DNA of 63,295 nucleotides, filler included, from Diploschistes diacapsis (taxonomy: Eukaryota): assembly GCA_023645945.1 (NCBI GenBank). It is 22 parts of 22 records of this genome, joined end to end, with 100 filler letters (N's around TTAATTAATTAA, not from the genome) between each part and the next. Parts side by side here need not be neighbours in the genome. Positions count along the whole stretch, not along the records: positions 19,297 to 38,436 come from JALAIB010000381.1; 21 more parts are not named here. One strand, written 5' to 3'. This document shows, in pieces, positions 24,214 to 36,450 of this stretch. Position 1 is the first letter of the stretch. Each line of letters starts with the position of its first letter. The notes below the pieces were generated by a model that ran no database searches, had not been told where the DNA came from, and saw only the letters and a list, made by a program, of their open reading frames with translations. The position numbers and the translations under genes are program-made.

Positions 24214-25960
24214 ATGGGGACTTTCACGGAGGATGATATCGAAGATATCAAAGATATCGAGATGCAGGATGAAGCCCGTAGGGGTAGTCGCGTTGGAGGC
24301 CCTCTGCAGGGATCAACCCTACCCACTGGTGGCAGCGCCTCCATGATGTCTGTCGGAAAGCAAATGGAACTCGAAGCAAGCAACTCCATCAAGTACCGTT
24401 CTTGCTCCTGGCAAAAGGTAGGTTCTCGCCGTTGGATCGCCCCCCCCCCGCATCTCCACAGGCTGCCCGTCCCATCCAACCCAAGCTCCAACTAACGACC
24501 GGGGCAGACTGCGGCACTGCTCTTCAGCGAGTACATCTGCCTTGCCATAATGTCCTTTCCGTACTCCTACTCGGTGCTCGGCCTGGTACCGGGGCTCATC
24601 TGCACTGTTGCCGTTGCGGGCGTTGTTCTTTACACCAGCTTGATCACCTGGCAATTCTGCCTTCGGCATCCTGAGGTCCGTGATGTTTGTGATCTTGGAC
24701 AAATGCTCTTCTGGAATAGCAAGTGGGTCTGGTGGGCGACTGCCGTCATGTTCATTTTGAACAACACCTTTATCCAAGCCCTGCACGTCCTCACCGGAGC
24801 CAAGGTAGGCTGTTGATGCCCTTTCATCCGCAAGGCACCGTGTGAGCCTGCTAACGGTTCCATAGTATATCAACACAATGTCCGACAATACCTCTGGGAT
24901 ATGCACCGTCGGATTCTCTGCCGTCATGATGATCGTCTCGTGGCTCGCTTCTCTTCCCCGCACTTTCGAAACTCTGTCCAAGTTGGGAACCATATCTGCC
25001 TTCGCCACCTTCATCTCCGTTATTTTAGCCGCTATCTTCGCCGGAATCGAGGCTCATCCTCTTGACTACACTCCGGACTCCACCGCCACTGTCCCTTTGA
25101 CCGGGCTTCCCGGCGGTCCTCCCCTGGTGCTCGTACTCCCAGCGGCAGGGACCGGTTTCGTCGCAGGATTGAACGCCTTCTTGAATATTAGCTATACGTT
25201 CATTGGGCAAATCACTTTGCCTAGCTTCATTGCCGAGATGAGGGAGCCGAAGGACTTTCCGAAGGCTCTGTGGGCAGTCACTATCGCAGAGGTTATTCTC
25301 TTTAGCCTTGTTGGGGGCGCAGTATACGGTAAGTCTCGCTTCCGCTCCAGATCTCCATTCTCCAGCTCCCTCGTCCGTGTCCGAGCTTGTAACTAAGATT
25401 TGATAGCATACACCGGAACCAATTACAACACTGCTCCGGCATTCGGATCCCTTGGGAATCCAGTGTTCAAGAAAGTGGCATTCTCTTTCATGATTCCCAC
25501 GTTGATCTTCCTGGGCGTCCTTTACGCATCGGTCTCAGCACGTTTCGTCTTCTTTAGGCTCTTCGAGGGCACTCGCCACAAGGGAAATCATACAGTAGTC
25601 GGGTGGGCCTCATGGGCCGGAATCTTACTCGTTCTCTGGATCTTGGCCTTTATCATCGCCGAGATCATCCCGTTCTTCTCGGATCTTCTATCCCTCATGA
25701 GCTCGCTCTTCGACTCTTTTTTCGGGTTCATTTTCTGGGGAGTGGCGTACATGCGCATGAGGCATGCCGACTATGGGCCAGGTTGGATCACTGCGCGTGG
25801 GCTTAGAAGCATGACCGGCTTCGTTGTCAATTTGCTGCTTATACTGTTTGGCTTGTTCTTCCTCACAGGCGGAACGTACGCTTCCGTTGAGAGCATCGTC
25901 ATGGGCTACAGCACAACAGGATTCGGTGGACCCTTCAGCTGCGCAAGCAACGGCCTGTAG
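24214..25960 (+). CDS. Aa_trans family neutral amino-acid permease (Mtr-like)
   Basis: IKYRSCSWQK/TAALLFSEYICLAIMSFP, HPEVRDVCD, SLPRT, FLNISYTFIGQITLPSFIAEM..P.DFPKAL, IPFFSDLLSLMSSLFD; three introns. Confidence 0.93.
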
Positions 25961-26577
25961 TGCAATAGCCGTACGGGACCGCGACCCAGTTTCTGCGACT
26001 AGTTTTCCAGGCTTGGGGCATGCTCGTCGTGTTCTTGACGCTCTAGACTGTGCCTAGAGTTCTGGGCTGGTTAATGGACTGGAAGCCTTCAGGAATGTAC
26101 GAAACACACTGTGTGCGGCGGCGGGGGCGGCGGCGTTGGAAGAGAACGTACAAGATGCGGGATATCGCAGGCCGTATTGGTTAATATATATGATGTTTGT
26201 GCTTAAGATGGCTCAGCACATAGTTCCCTCGCTCAATGCGATATCGTGGCACACCTACCATATTACTTTCAATCAGCGATGCGTTTCTTGTTCTTTCCTC
26301 CTCGGTATGACCGGGTGCTTGCTATCGTTCGTAACTAAAATACCCGTCGCGTCTTGCGTAGTCAATTGGTAAGCCCCATGCCATTGGTGTTTGGTAAGAT
26401 TTCTCCAGACAGTGAAGTACATTGGTGAGCTCGGTGTATGGATCATATTTGACAATCAATATATCGTAGGTACTACTAAAGAAAGTGAAATCTAGATATC
26501 CACATGACATTTCTAGCCACAGAGATATTTGGTAGGACAGGCGAAGGTAGACGGTAAGGCTATAGTAATGCTGGTAT

Positions 26578-27936
26578 GTCTTATTCTGCCTACTGTAAAA
26601 TTGTGTAACATATTTAGTGGCGCCCTAGGGTGCATTCTGCCTAGTTCACTGTGGCTCTGCTAGGTACTTAGATCTCCATACAATTTGCATACAAATGCAT
26701 GTCACTTATAGAAATACGTAGAACTATATAGAATTAGAAATAAAATGAATAAAATTTGATGATTATTATGGCCATAGAGACTATATCGCAAGAAGAAATA
26801 AATACTAAAGCACTAAAAGGTGCTTAAATGCTCCAAAAGCAGCTTAAAAGCGTGCTCTTAAACCTCCTATAGCTTCCCCTATGCCGTGCTCCCCTCCTCC
26901 GCCCATTATGCTCCCCTCCGCCGCTCATTATGCTCCTCTCCGCTCCTCCTCCATCTCCGCGTCCGGTCGTAGTGGTAGGCGGCCATGGAGCTCACCTGCA
27001 GCGCGTAGGAAGTTGCCCATAAGGGCATCCCGGTCCTCCAAGGGCGCTCTCTCCGCCACGGCCTCCCAGTCGTAGAAGGTGGCCTGGAGATCCTCCAGGA
27101 TCTCCCTAAACTGAACGTAGTTAATATACAAATGCCCCTAGATGGGGCGACGACTTACCTGTAGCCGGCGTTCCTGCCGGACCACGATAGCCATGCCACA
27201 GGCCACGCGGTCGCGCGTCATCTTCCTCCTCTTTATATCGACACTGCGCGCAGCAGGTGTCGCATTGCCATCGCCGCTTCGCCAATGGCGGCAGCGATAC
27301 CACGTGGTGCTTCCAGACGTCCGATTGGACGTCCAGAAGTTGTCCACGTAAGGCCAAAGCGCGTCAAAATCCACCACGGTCATCCGAAGGATGTCCGCGA
27401 CGGCAAAGAGACGCGCCCTCCACGCCGGGAGGTCCGCAGGGAAGCTGTAAAGCCTCCCCGCAGCAGGCAGCGGCGGCAAGGGTGTCGGGGCCCGCGTAGG
27501 CTCGGCGAGAGCGGCGAGGGCAGGCGAGCCACGGGGCGGTGAGGCAGCAGGCGTCGGGGCGGGCGAGGGGGCAACACCACGACCCAGAGCGGCGGAGAGG
27601 GCGTCGTAGAGCATGAGGTCTTCAAGACCCAGCTCATCGTTGTCGGCGACCACATCGAACGTGGCCTCGGCGGCGGCAGGGAGGGCGGCAGGGCGCGCAG
27701 GGCGAGCAGGGCGAGTAAACAACGACGCGTCCATCGCATTTAAAAAAAATTAGAAAGTTAAGATCAAAAATAAGAAAAAAAGCATGTAATCGATCGTTAA
27801 ATAAATAAATGTGGCTGGAGGGAACGCTAGTTCCACAGATACTTGTGGCTGCATACAAATTAGTATGACTGAGAAAGTATCTTGAGAACCATGGTACTTA
27901 TCATGTAATTTATGTGTACAGTAGGCAGAATAAGAC
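26578..27936. mobile_element. 1359-bp segment bounded by a perfect 20-bp inverted repeat; candidate non-autonomous DNA transposon
   Basis: GTCTTATTCTGCCTACTGTA at 26578-26597 and its reverse complement at 27917-27936. AT-rich margins enclose a very GC-rich ORF. No clear TSD. Confidence 0.6.
26928..27734 (-). CDS. 252-aa two-exon ORF with a transposase-like (WRKY/GCM1/FAR1-like) N-terminal domain
   Basis: Exon 27159-27734, phase-0 intron 27111-27158 (GTAAGT..TTCAG), exon 26928-27110 in frame. Motif WRARLF..FDALWPYVDNFW..WYRCRHWR..KRRK..C.MAIVV. Confidence 0.6.
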
Positions 27937-28417
27937 TTGCCCCATAAGGGGGCCGGCAAATTTTGATGGGCAACCCTTTTTTTTCAAGGGACCAGGGTGA
28001 AATGTCTGTTCTGGGGATCCTTACAAAATTAAATCCATAGTTCGGACGTGCGTCGTCCGTGTCCCACGTATGAAAATTGTGCCACTACACTACCCGGTAA
28101 TGTACAGTATAGATAAACTAATTATTACTCAAAGAAGGAGCTACACGCCTGCCTCCAGGCCATGCTTTGTGGTCTCAAACATTTGACGATTTGACGAAGT
28201 ATGCAAGGTCTGAAACGTCCATCTTACGAATATCAATAGACATCTATGCAACAGACTCCATCTAGAAAGAGACGTTCCATTGATCAATTTCCATCTGGCG
28301 GATTTTTACGCTCGATATCGCTCCGGTTTATACGGTAACTCAGATCATTTCACCAGTCAGATCGCGGTATGTGAGAACGGCCTATTGCTAGCCTCGTTCA
28401 TCTCTCTTTCAAAGGAC

Positions 28418-30210
28418 ATGGAAGGCGAACTCGGAGTGAACGGGAGCGTCGCTCCCAAGCCCTCTATTAAGAACGGTCTTTCTGTAACAGAGTATGCTGC
28501 GAATCCCTCGCCATCTGAATTGCACCCGAAAAACCCAAAAGCGCCTCCACTGGTCCCGAAAGAATTCCTTTCATCGGATGGATATCCCGATGTGAGCTAC
28601 CAAGCTCTATTCATTCTCAGAAGCACTAACGAGCTTATTAGTACCTGCGTCTCATTCTTACTTCATCGGTATACGATGTAATCGAAGCTACACCGTTAAC
28701 ACACGCCACCAATTTAAGCAATAGACTGGAGTGCAATGTGCTTCTTAAGAGGGAAGACTTGCAGCCGGTCTTCAGCTTCAAGATCCGGGGCGCCTATAAC
28801 AAGATGGCTAACCTGGCCCCTGAAGACCGGTGGAAGGGCGTCATCGCATGTTCGGCAGGTAAGTCACCCCAGGTCGTTAATGCGTAGACGACGCGTTGAA
28901 AGCAACAAGGCAATCATGCGCAAGGTGTAGCATTTTCCGCGAGAAAGCTCAAAATCCCCGCGACCATCGTGATGCCCGCAGGAACGCCTGCTATCAAACA
29001 TCAAAACGTAGCTCGTCTTGGTGCAAAGGTCATCCTTCACGGGGATGACTTTGACGCTGCGAAGGAAGAAGCACGGAGATTGGAAGAGAGGCACGGCCTG
29101 ACAAACATAGCACCCTTTGATGATCCTTATGTTATTGCTGGGCAAGGCACGATTGGCATGGAGCTCTTACGGCAGACCAATCTTCAGAATCTTGAAGCTG
29201 TCTTCTGCTGCGTAGGCGGCGGGGGTCTTATCGCTGGAATTGGTGTGTACATCAAGCGAATCGCGCCGAATGTAAAGATTATTGGCTGTGAAACTTATGA
29301 TGCTAATGCTCTTGTACAATCCTTACAGAAAGGCGAACGGGTACTGCTAAAGGAGGTAGGCCTATTTGCAGATGGATCAGCCGTCAAGATTGTTGGAGAG
29401 GAGACTTTCCGCATCTGCCGGGAGGTAGTCGATGACGTCGTTCAGGTTACCACCGACGAGCTGTGTGCGGCTATCAAGGATGTTTTCGAAGATACAAGAT
29501 CGATTGTCGAGCCCGCGGGAGCATTGTCTCTAGCAGGTCTAAAGAAATGGGCAGTGATCAACCCCTCACGGAATTCTGACCGGAAGCTTGTTGCAATAGC
29601 TTCGGGAGCCAATATGAACTTCGACCGTCTAAGGTTCGTTGCTGATCGAGCGGTCATAGGAGAAATGAAAGAAGCTCTTCTCAGCGTGGATATACCAGAA
29701 AAGCCGGGATCTTTCGCAAACTTGGTTGAAGCGGTTCTTCCTCAAGCCGTGACAGAGTTCAGCTACCGTTACCGCAATCCAGGCAAAGCAAGCATTTTTA
29801 TGGGGATCTCGGTCAATCCCATGACCAGGAACACGGAAATTGAGGATCTTTTCGAGAGACTAGCAAGAGATGGGATGCAGGCGTCGGATCTGAGTCATAA
29901 CGAACTCGCAAAGTCCCATATCCGATACTTGATTGGCGGCAGGAGCGATGTCGAGAACGAAAAGCTATACATGTTCGAGTTCCCAGAGCGTCCCGGTGCC
30001 CTCTTCAAATTCCTAAGATCCTTGAGACCTTCGAGCAATATCACACTATTTCACTACCGCAACCAAGGGGGAGACGTTGGAAATATCCTCGCTGGTATCC
30101 AGTGCGCTGACGAAGACAAGCGCGACCTTGAGTACTATTTAAAGAAGCTTGGATATCCGTTCTCCGAATACACAGACGACTTTCTATTTAACGCATATTT
30201 GCGCGGGTAA
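28418..30210 (+). CDS. ILV1: Biosynthetic threonine dehydratase (threonine deaminase)
   Basis: [66 protein letters not shown]-terminal ACT repeats (FPERPGAL); two introns. Confidence 0.97.
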
Positions 30211-30462
30211 TGGATGCCTTTGCATGTTCTCAGCTTGTTGGTACAGACCAGAGGGCGTCCTTTCACTTTAGATATGGGATAGTATGGGAAACATCTCATT
30301 GGTCCAGCTTGAGTGTTCATTCTGTCCGAGTCAAGGAGCAGAAGCGTGCGGTGGTTGCGATGCGTTGTAGCTGCCTTTGATCCCAGGTTTCTCCAATGCT
30401 TTCCTGCATATAGAGGACGCCATCGTAGCATATTCCAAGCATAACCGCAGAGAAAGGTAGTC

Positions 30463-30807
30463 TCACCGGATTGCCATCTCTTCCACATATCGCTGCATAG
30501 TTTTCATCTGCTCTTTCCCTGTTGAGACCAAATACCGTATTTGCGCGAGATCCTGGACATGCCGATTCCTTTCAAATTCTTCTCTTGCGAATCTTACCAT
30601 CTCAACGCGTGTTGTCTCACTCGTGATTCTGTTCGTAGCTCTCACCACCTCTCGCCACAGAGCCAGGACCTGCTGTCGTTGTAGGAAGTGGTCGAGAGAC
30701 AGAGCTGCGGGAATACGCCGAGCGAGAGGTCTAGGAGTAGAGCCTGAGATCGCCCTTTGCCATGAGAATTGGACTGGCGATGCGAGTTTGCAGATGCTGC
30801 GAATCAT
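30463..30807 (-). CDS. LYR-motif mitochondrial protein (LYRM2-like)
   Basis: LSLDHFLQRQQVLALWR..FAREEFERNR..IRYLVSTGK; Arg-rich presequence-like N-terminus. Confidence 0.85.
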   Translation of the reverse strand: MIRSICKLASPVQFSWQRAISGSTPRPLARRIPAALSLDHFLQRQQVLALWREVVRATNRITSETTRVEMVRFAREEFERNRHVQDLAQIRYLVSTGKEQMKTMQRYVEEMAIR

Positions 30808-31138
30808 TAGTGGTCTTATGCCGAAGTCCAACTGGAACGCAATAGTTTTTTTGCGCCTGCGGAATAGTCGATATGCTACAACTAACGGTTAAGAGGAAAT
30901 TTCTTGTATCAACAGTGACGTCAAGCGGCCTCCCATCCTTCTTTCCCCTTGGTCAGATTGTAACGCCCGAGAAGCGAGCCGCTGCTACAAGCCTGAAGCT
31001 TCTCATAATGAGTATTGAAGATATCGCTTTCTAATGCTTTTCTAGGATCTGTTTTCCAAGCTCGACTGTCTTCTTTGATCCATTGATATATAGATTCTTG
31101 TCTTCCATGACTTTGCTCTTGTTTATATACTGATATTC

Positions 31139-32533
31139 ATGGCCTGGAATCCGCTTTTGGTAAAAGCCTATTGGTCTCTTGCGGCATTAGGTGGAGTATG
31201 GATGTTATTTGTTTTCTCCCTCATAATTCCATCTATCCAACGACAGTGAGCATTGTTACGGCTTTGAAACATTCGAGTCTAATTCTCAAAGTGCACTATA
31301 TGCTCATAGAGTCAATACAGCCTGGTGGGAAGATATAAATCACCCAGAGCAGTGGGGATACCTTAGCACGTACCGCTACCAGCACTATCCAATGCTACTC
31401 TAACTCTATCCAGAGAATCAAGTCCAGCCCTTTAACATCTCTACGGCCGATGGAGAGACACTCTATGCTTGGCACATTCTCCCGCTTCAGGTATACACAG
31501 GAAACGAAGAAACATTGCGAGATTTCCAGCAGTATTCTGGGACGGATATCACAGAGACACCGTCATTTCAGCTTCTTACAGGAAAGCAAGATCCAGAGAG
31601 CCTTTTGATCATCAATTGTGAGCTTCGATTCTGTGCGAGTTATCGCACCAGTCTAACACAGTTTGTAGTTCATGGCAACGCCGGAACGCTTGCGCAAGGA
31701 TGGAGGACAGATACGTATCGTGCTCTCGGATCGGCGGCTTCTGACAGAATTCATGTATTGACCTTTGATTATCGAGGCTTTGGAGAGTCCACTGGCTCTC
31801 CAAGCGAAGACGGCCTAGTCATTGATGGCATCGCCGTTGTTGATTGGGCTCTCTATGTGGCCAAAATACCACCTCAACGTATTGTTCTTGTTGGTCAAAG
31901 CTTGGGTACTGCTGTTGCGAGCGCCGTAGCTGAGTATTTCTCCACCAACCGCGAGGTTGACTTTGCTGGAGTTGTTCTCGTTGCAGCGTTCACTGATCTT
32001 CCGAGCCTGGTGCTAAAATACGCAATTAAAGGAGTCATTCCCATTCTCTCACCCTTGAGGACTTATCCGCGACTACAACGATGGTTTACCAGGCAGGTCG
32101 TGGATACTTGGCAGACAGAGGCTCGACTTACGAATCTCGTACAAACTAGCAAGCACCTGAATCTGGCCATGATTCACGCTAAAAATGATATCGAGATCTC
32201 GTGGCGTAACACAGAACATCTATTTCAGGCTGTGGCAAACGCTACCAGTTCCTCAGGCATGGCGATTGCGGATATTGATAGTGTCAAGAATCATGTTGAT
32301 CTAGGAATGGGAGGCTGGCAAAATACTTGGACCACCGAGAGCTCCACTGGCGCTTTGAAAAGAATAAAAGAGATAATAGTTCCTTATGGCGGTGAGTGCT
32401 CTTGCTACTATATGCATTGTTCGTACTTATTTTAATCGCTCATCTAGGACATAACCGCATCATGACCTATCCCGTAGCTGCTAAAGAAGCATCAAGGTGT
32501 TTCCGAGAAGCCATGGTGGACACCCCTATATAA
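31139..32533 (+). CDS. ABHD12-like alpha/beta hydrolase
   Basis: N-terminal TM segment, TADGETLYAWHILP, HGNAG, FDYRGFGESTG.PSEDG, nucleophile GQSLG, IHAKND, GGHN; four introns, one GC-AG. Confidence 0.92.
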
Positions 32534-33051
32534 GTTTCAGGTGGCTTCATTACTCTTGAACTTTTCTATCATTTGTAACCTCTTCTCTGATCATGTATCG
32601 TAGAGGATTCGAGCGTTCAGTCCACATGTACAGAGTAGTGGCAGGAGTCCAAAAGCCCTGACCCTTGACTTGCGGTTAAAGGTAGAGGTCAGGGCTGACT
32701 CTGAAGGAGCAGCGATATCTTGTAAACACCCCGTTCCCATTCTTTATGTTAGAACAATCACCGCAGTTTACTGTACTGTAAGCAAATAGGGCTGTCCTTT
32801 GTCGCTGAAAACTAAACCCGGCTTCCGAAAGCGTGGCGTGTAGCTACTAGCACTTTCGGCAGGTGACGAAGGCAACAGAGGCATTCTAGTCTTAGTAGTC
32901 ACTTGCCGAGCAGGTATAACTTTCCTACCTACTTAATCACTCGAACCTCGACATTCTGAAGCACTCACTTCCTAGTTCTCGTCGTGTTAGAATCACTGTG
33001 CAGATACTTTTCGCGCGTGAGTTTCTCGCTAAGAGGTCCAAGCTTCCCAGG

Positions 33052-33903
33052 ATGTCATCTCGAGCTACTACGGGCAACCGCCCAGGTGGAAGGTTTGCAC
33101 AGTTCAAGCTCGTTCTATTAGGTTAGTGCATTTGCTTTTTCATGTTGCATCTATGTTGACAACACTTAGGCGAGTCCGCCGTCGGAAAGGTGTGAACTAA
33201 CCACATGATCTATGCGCTTGGTTCTTGCTAACGTGCCAGAGCAGAGTTCGCTCGTTCTCCGATTTGTGAAAGTGAGCAGAATAAGATTTAACTGCTGAAT
33301 CCTACTTATATGCTATAGGATCAATTCGATGATTATAGGGAATCAACGATCGGTGCAGCTTTCCTTACCCAGACCATAACCCTTGACGAGAACACAACGG
33401 TCAAATTCGAGATATGGGATACTGCTGGTCAAGAGAGGTACAAGTCGCTAGCGCCTATGTACTACAGAAATGCAAATTGCGCTGTTATTGTTTATGATAT
33501 TACACAAGCGGTAAAAGTTAAAATCTTAAGGATTCATGTCTGGTGCTAACCGAAGTAGTCATCACTTGACAAAGCCAAGTCATGGGTCAAGGAACTACAG
33601 CGGCAAGCCAACGAGAACATTATTATCGCACTTGCCGGCAACAAGGCTGACCTGGTGGCGGATCATCCTGATAAGCGGGCAATTGCAGCGGCGGATGCAG
33701 AAGCTTATGCAAGAGAAGCCGGGCTCTTATTCTTCGAAACTTCGGCGAAGACTGCCGAGAATGTCAAAGACCTTTTCACGGCTATTGCACGAAAACTTCC
33801 TCTCGAACAAGCGGGACCACGTGGTCTCCGATCGAATCCGCGCGCAGGTGTCGACCTGCGTCCCGAACCTGCATCTCAAGGTGCGGGAGGTTGCAACTGT
33901 TAA
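33052..33903 (+). CDS. YPT52: Rab5-family GTPase (Ypt52/RabB type)
   Basis: [44 protein letters not shown]-terminal CNC prenylation motif; four introns with 20- and 27-nt micro-exons. Confidence 0.93.
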
Positions 33904-34404
33904 GAGGAGGCTTGGCTTTCTACTGAATAATGTTTCGATCCATTGCGTACGGTATATTCCGTGTAGTATGCATGCGTTCAGCGCTTTCTAGGCTGGGCAG
34001 AGAACAGGAGTCAATCGGGGCGTTGACATTCGGGTCTCTTAGAAGTTGGTGCATCTACGGATCCAGCACGATACTGAAGGGAGAAAACATGGCTCCAAAG
34101 TGTGAAGGGGTGTTCGATAGATTATGCGAATGGATACTTAATCAGTATTTCCAGGGTGTGTTGGTGGGTGAAACCTAGAGCTTTGTAATATTTTTGCACC
34201 TTAATTCCCTGCCATGAGCTCCCAGAGATATATCTAGACTCAACTATGTAAAAGCCTCAAATGCACGGTAGTAATGAGATTAAAGAAATCAAAGAAATGT
34301 GTACAGCACTTTCCTGATTCAGCACAGAAAGACTTCATTCGTTTTTCTCCAGGATAGGAATCCAATCATGCAGTATCAACAGCATCCAAGATTTCACTCC
34401 AAAA

Positions 34405-36134
34405 ATGTCCGAGGTCAATAAACCTACAACTCGAAGTCGTGGACAACGAAAGCCTCCAAAGGAACGAGTCTCGCCTACACCAGCTGCAGTAAAGACCACA
34501 AAACGACGAAGTGTCACACCATCTGTCAAGGAAGAACCACCGGCTACAAAACAGAAGGTTAACCCGTTGTTACCAACGTCTACTAGGAAGCAAGATGTAT
34601 CACTATTGGCTTCAAAATATCAGAGTATCGCTCAGAGGTGAACCATGTACCTTCACTCCTAATCATCAAGCTAATGGAAGTCGCCAGCGGAGTACTCGCC
34701 ACCTCTCTCAAGCAGTCTATGGAGAGGTTGAGGGCGGGATGTCTATTCGAAAAGTACTGGACGAAGTCTGTTCGGAAGAAGAATATTGGCGATGCTCCAA
34801 ATCCAGATAGCAAATCGATGCACAAACTAGGTGTATGCATGATGAGCATAGAGCCTCATATCTTCGAGGTCACTCTATATACAGTCAAGGGCTCTTCAGT
34901 CACATTTCTCCCTCCGGTCAACCAGTCCAATATGCAAAGGCCACCAATGCACCCGAATTACTATCAAAGTCCTATAGCACCGACTCAACCAACACCACGT
35001 CCAGTTACTCTTGCACCATTACTAAATAGTGAAGTGTCGTCCCCAACAGGGCATTCTCTTACGCCGGCCTCAATCCCTACGGCTCCTCAAAGCCTACCTC
35101 AAGGAATAAAGCCTACAACGCAGTCGGCTCCATCGTCCGAGCGCAAGACTAATTCTCTAAGTGGCGATGCATCCTTGCAGATGAGTGGACCAGCAGAATC
35201 ATTGATAGCACCGCAGCAGCAACAAAATACATATCAACATTCAATCGCACATCAACCGCCCCAACTACGACCATTGCAAGAGCCGTATCCCGTATCACAG
35301 CCTGCCCCGCCGGCCCCTGACACTGTTTCAAGCACGAATCCAGTAATACAGATGCTGGCCCAGAGAGCCTCGACCAACCCCGATCTAAAGTCGTTGATGA
35401 AAGTTGTTGCGAACGGACACGCATCGGAGAGCGAACTCAAGGCTTTTCAGCGCCATATTGACGAACTGAATTCGATGATCAAACGCACGCAGTCTTCGTC
35501 TGGCACGCCCAACAGACCGCTACCCAGCGCAACCGCGCCAGTTATGCACACTCGGCCGATGCCAGTGGTACATCAAAGCCAAACATGGTCAGCATCGCAA
35601 GGGGCTAATATTAAGCAAGAGCCACTCTCACAGTACTATTCGCAGCAGCCTCCATATCAAAAGCCTAAGCCGCCAGTGGCGTCGAAGCCAGATATCAGCG
35701 CGGTCGTCTTCGACTTCACTGGTGGAAACGGGGATCGCTACCTATTTCCGAGGAAAAGCGTCCTTGAGTACCTGCCGGGTAGTCCACAGGTTCTTATTTC
35801 GTTCTTGGTGACTCGCAAAGGTGCTGAGGCGGATCAAGGAAGCTACAAGTCGAGTGTCCAGTATTACGAACCGGTGACGATCAAGCTATCATGTATGCAT
35901 CACAAAGTATTGGAGCCCCTTGCAAAAGTGGTGGAATCGCAGGACGTTGTATGCAAGTACATGGAAGAGGTTATGGTAAAAGGGACTAGGGCAGAGTGTG
36001 TCTATTTGATGACCCGATTGCCGAAGAATGGTGGAGAGGAGCAGATTGAGGAGACTGTTGCTCCTGAGGCTCAGCCCATGACTGACTACAGCCCGCCAAA
36101 CTCACTTTTACCACTTAGACCTGCAATCAAGTAG
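34405..36134 (+). CDS. SWC3: SWR1 complex subunit Swc3-like protein
   Basis: SGVLATSL..FEKYWTK, IEPHIFEVTLYTV, NPVIQMLAQRASTNPDLKSLMK, VVFDFTGGNGDRYLFP, YYEPVTI; one intron. Confidence 0.75.
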
Positions 36135-36450
36135 TTTTAGACTAACGAACTGGGTAATAGAAATTTACACACAATGACATGTACACAGAAATGCTTGCAG
36201 TAGCCCTTACAACCCTAAGCTGAGACTGCAACTTACCTGTGTAGGTGTACAAAATTAGTTTGTCTCTATTCAGTTGTACCAGACAGTGAGACAATCATTA
36301 CGATGACATCCTATGAAGACGTTACAGTTGGACCTCAGATTCATTAGTAGAGACAGACGGCTCGTCTCCCCTATCTCACTCCTCTAGTTTTTTAACTTAC
36401 GGAGGATACGATCTCCATAGCTATTCCAGGCTACGAGGGATCAGCCTACC

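Noticed and set aside
24319..25014. 231-aa antisense ORF
   Set aside because: Shadow of the amino-acid permease exons.
28280..28417. In-frame TTG-initiated extension of ILV1
   Set aside because: No ATG and not presequence-like; insufficient support.
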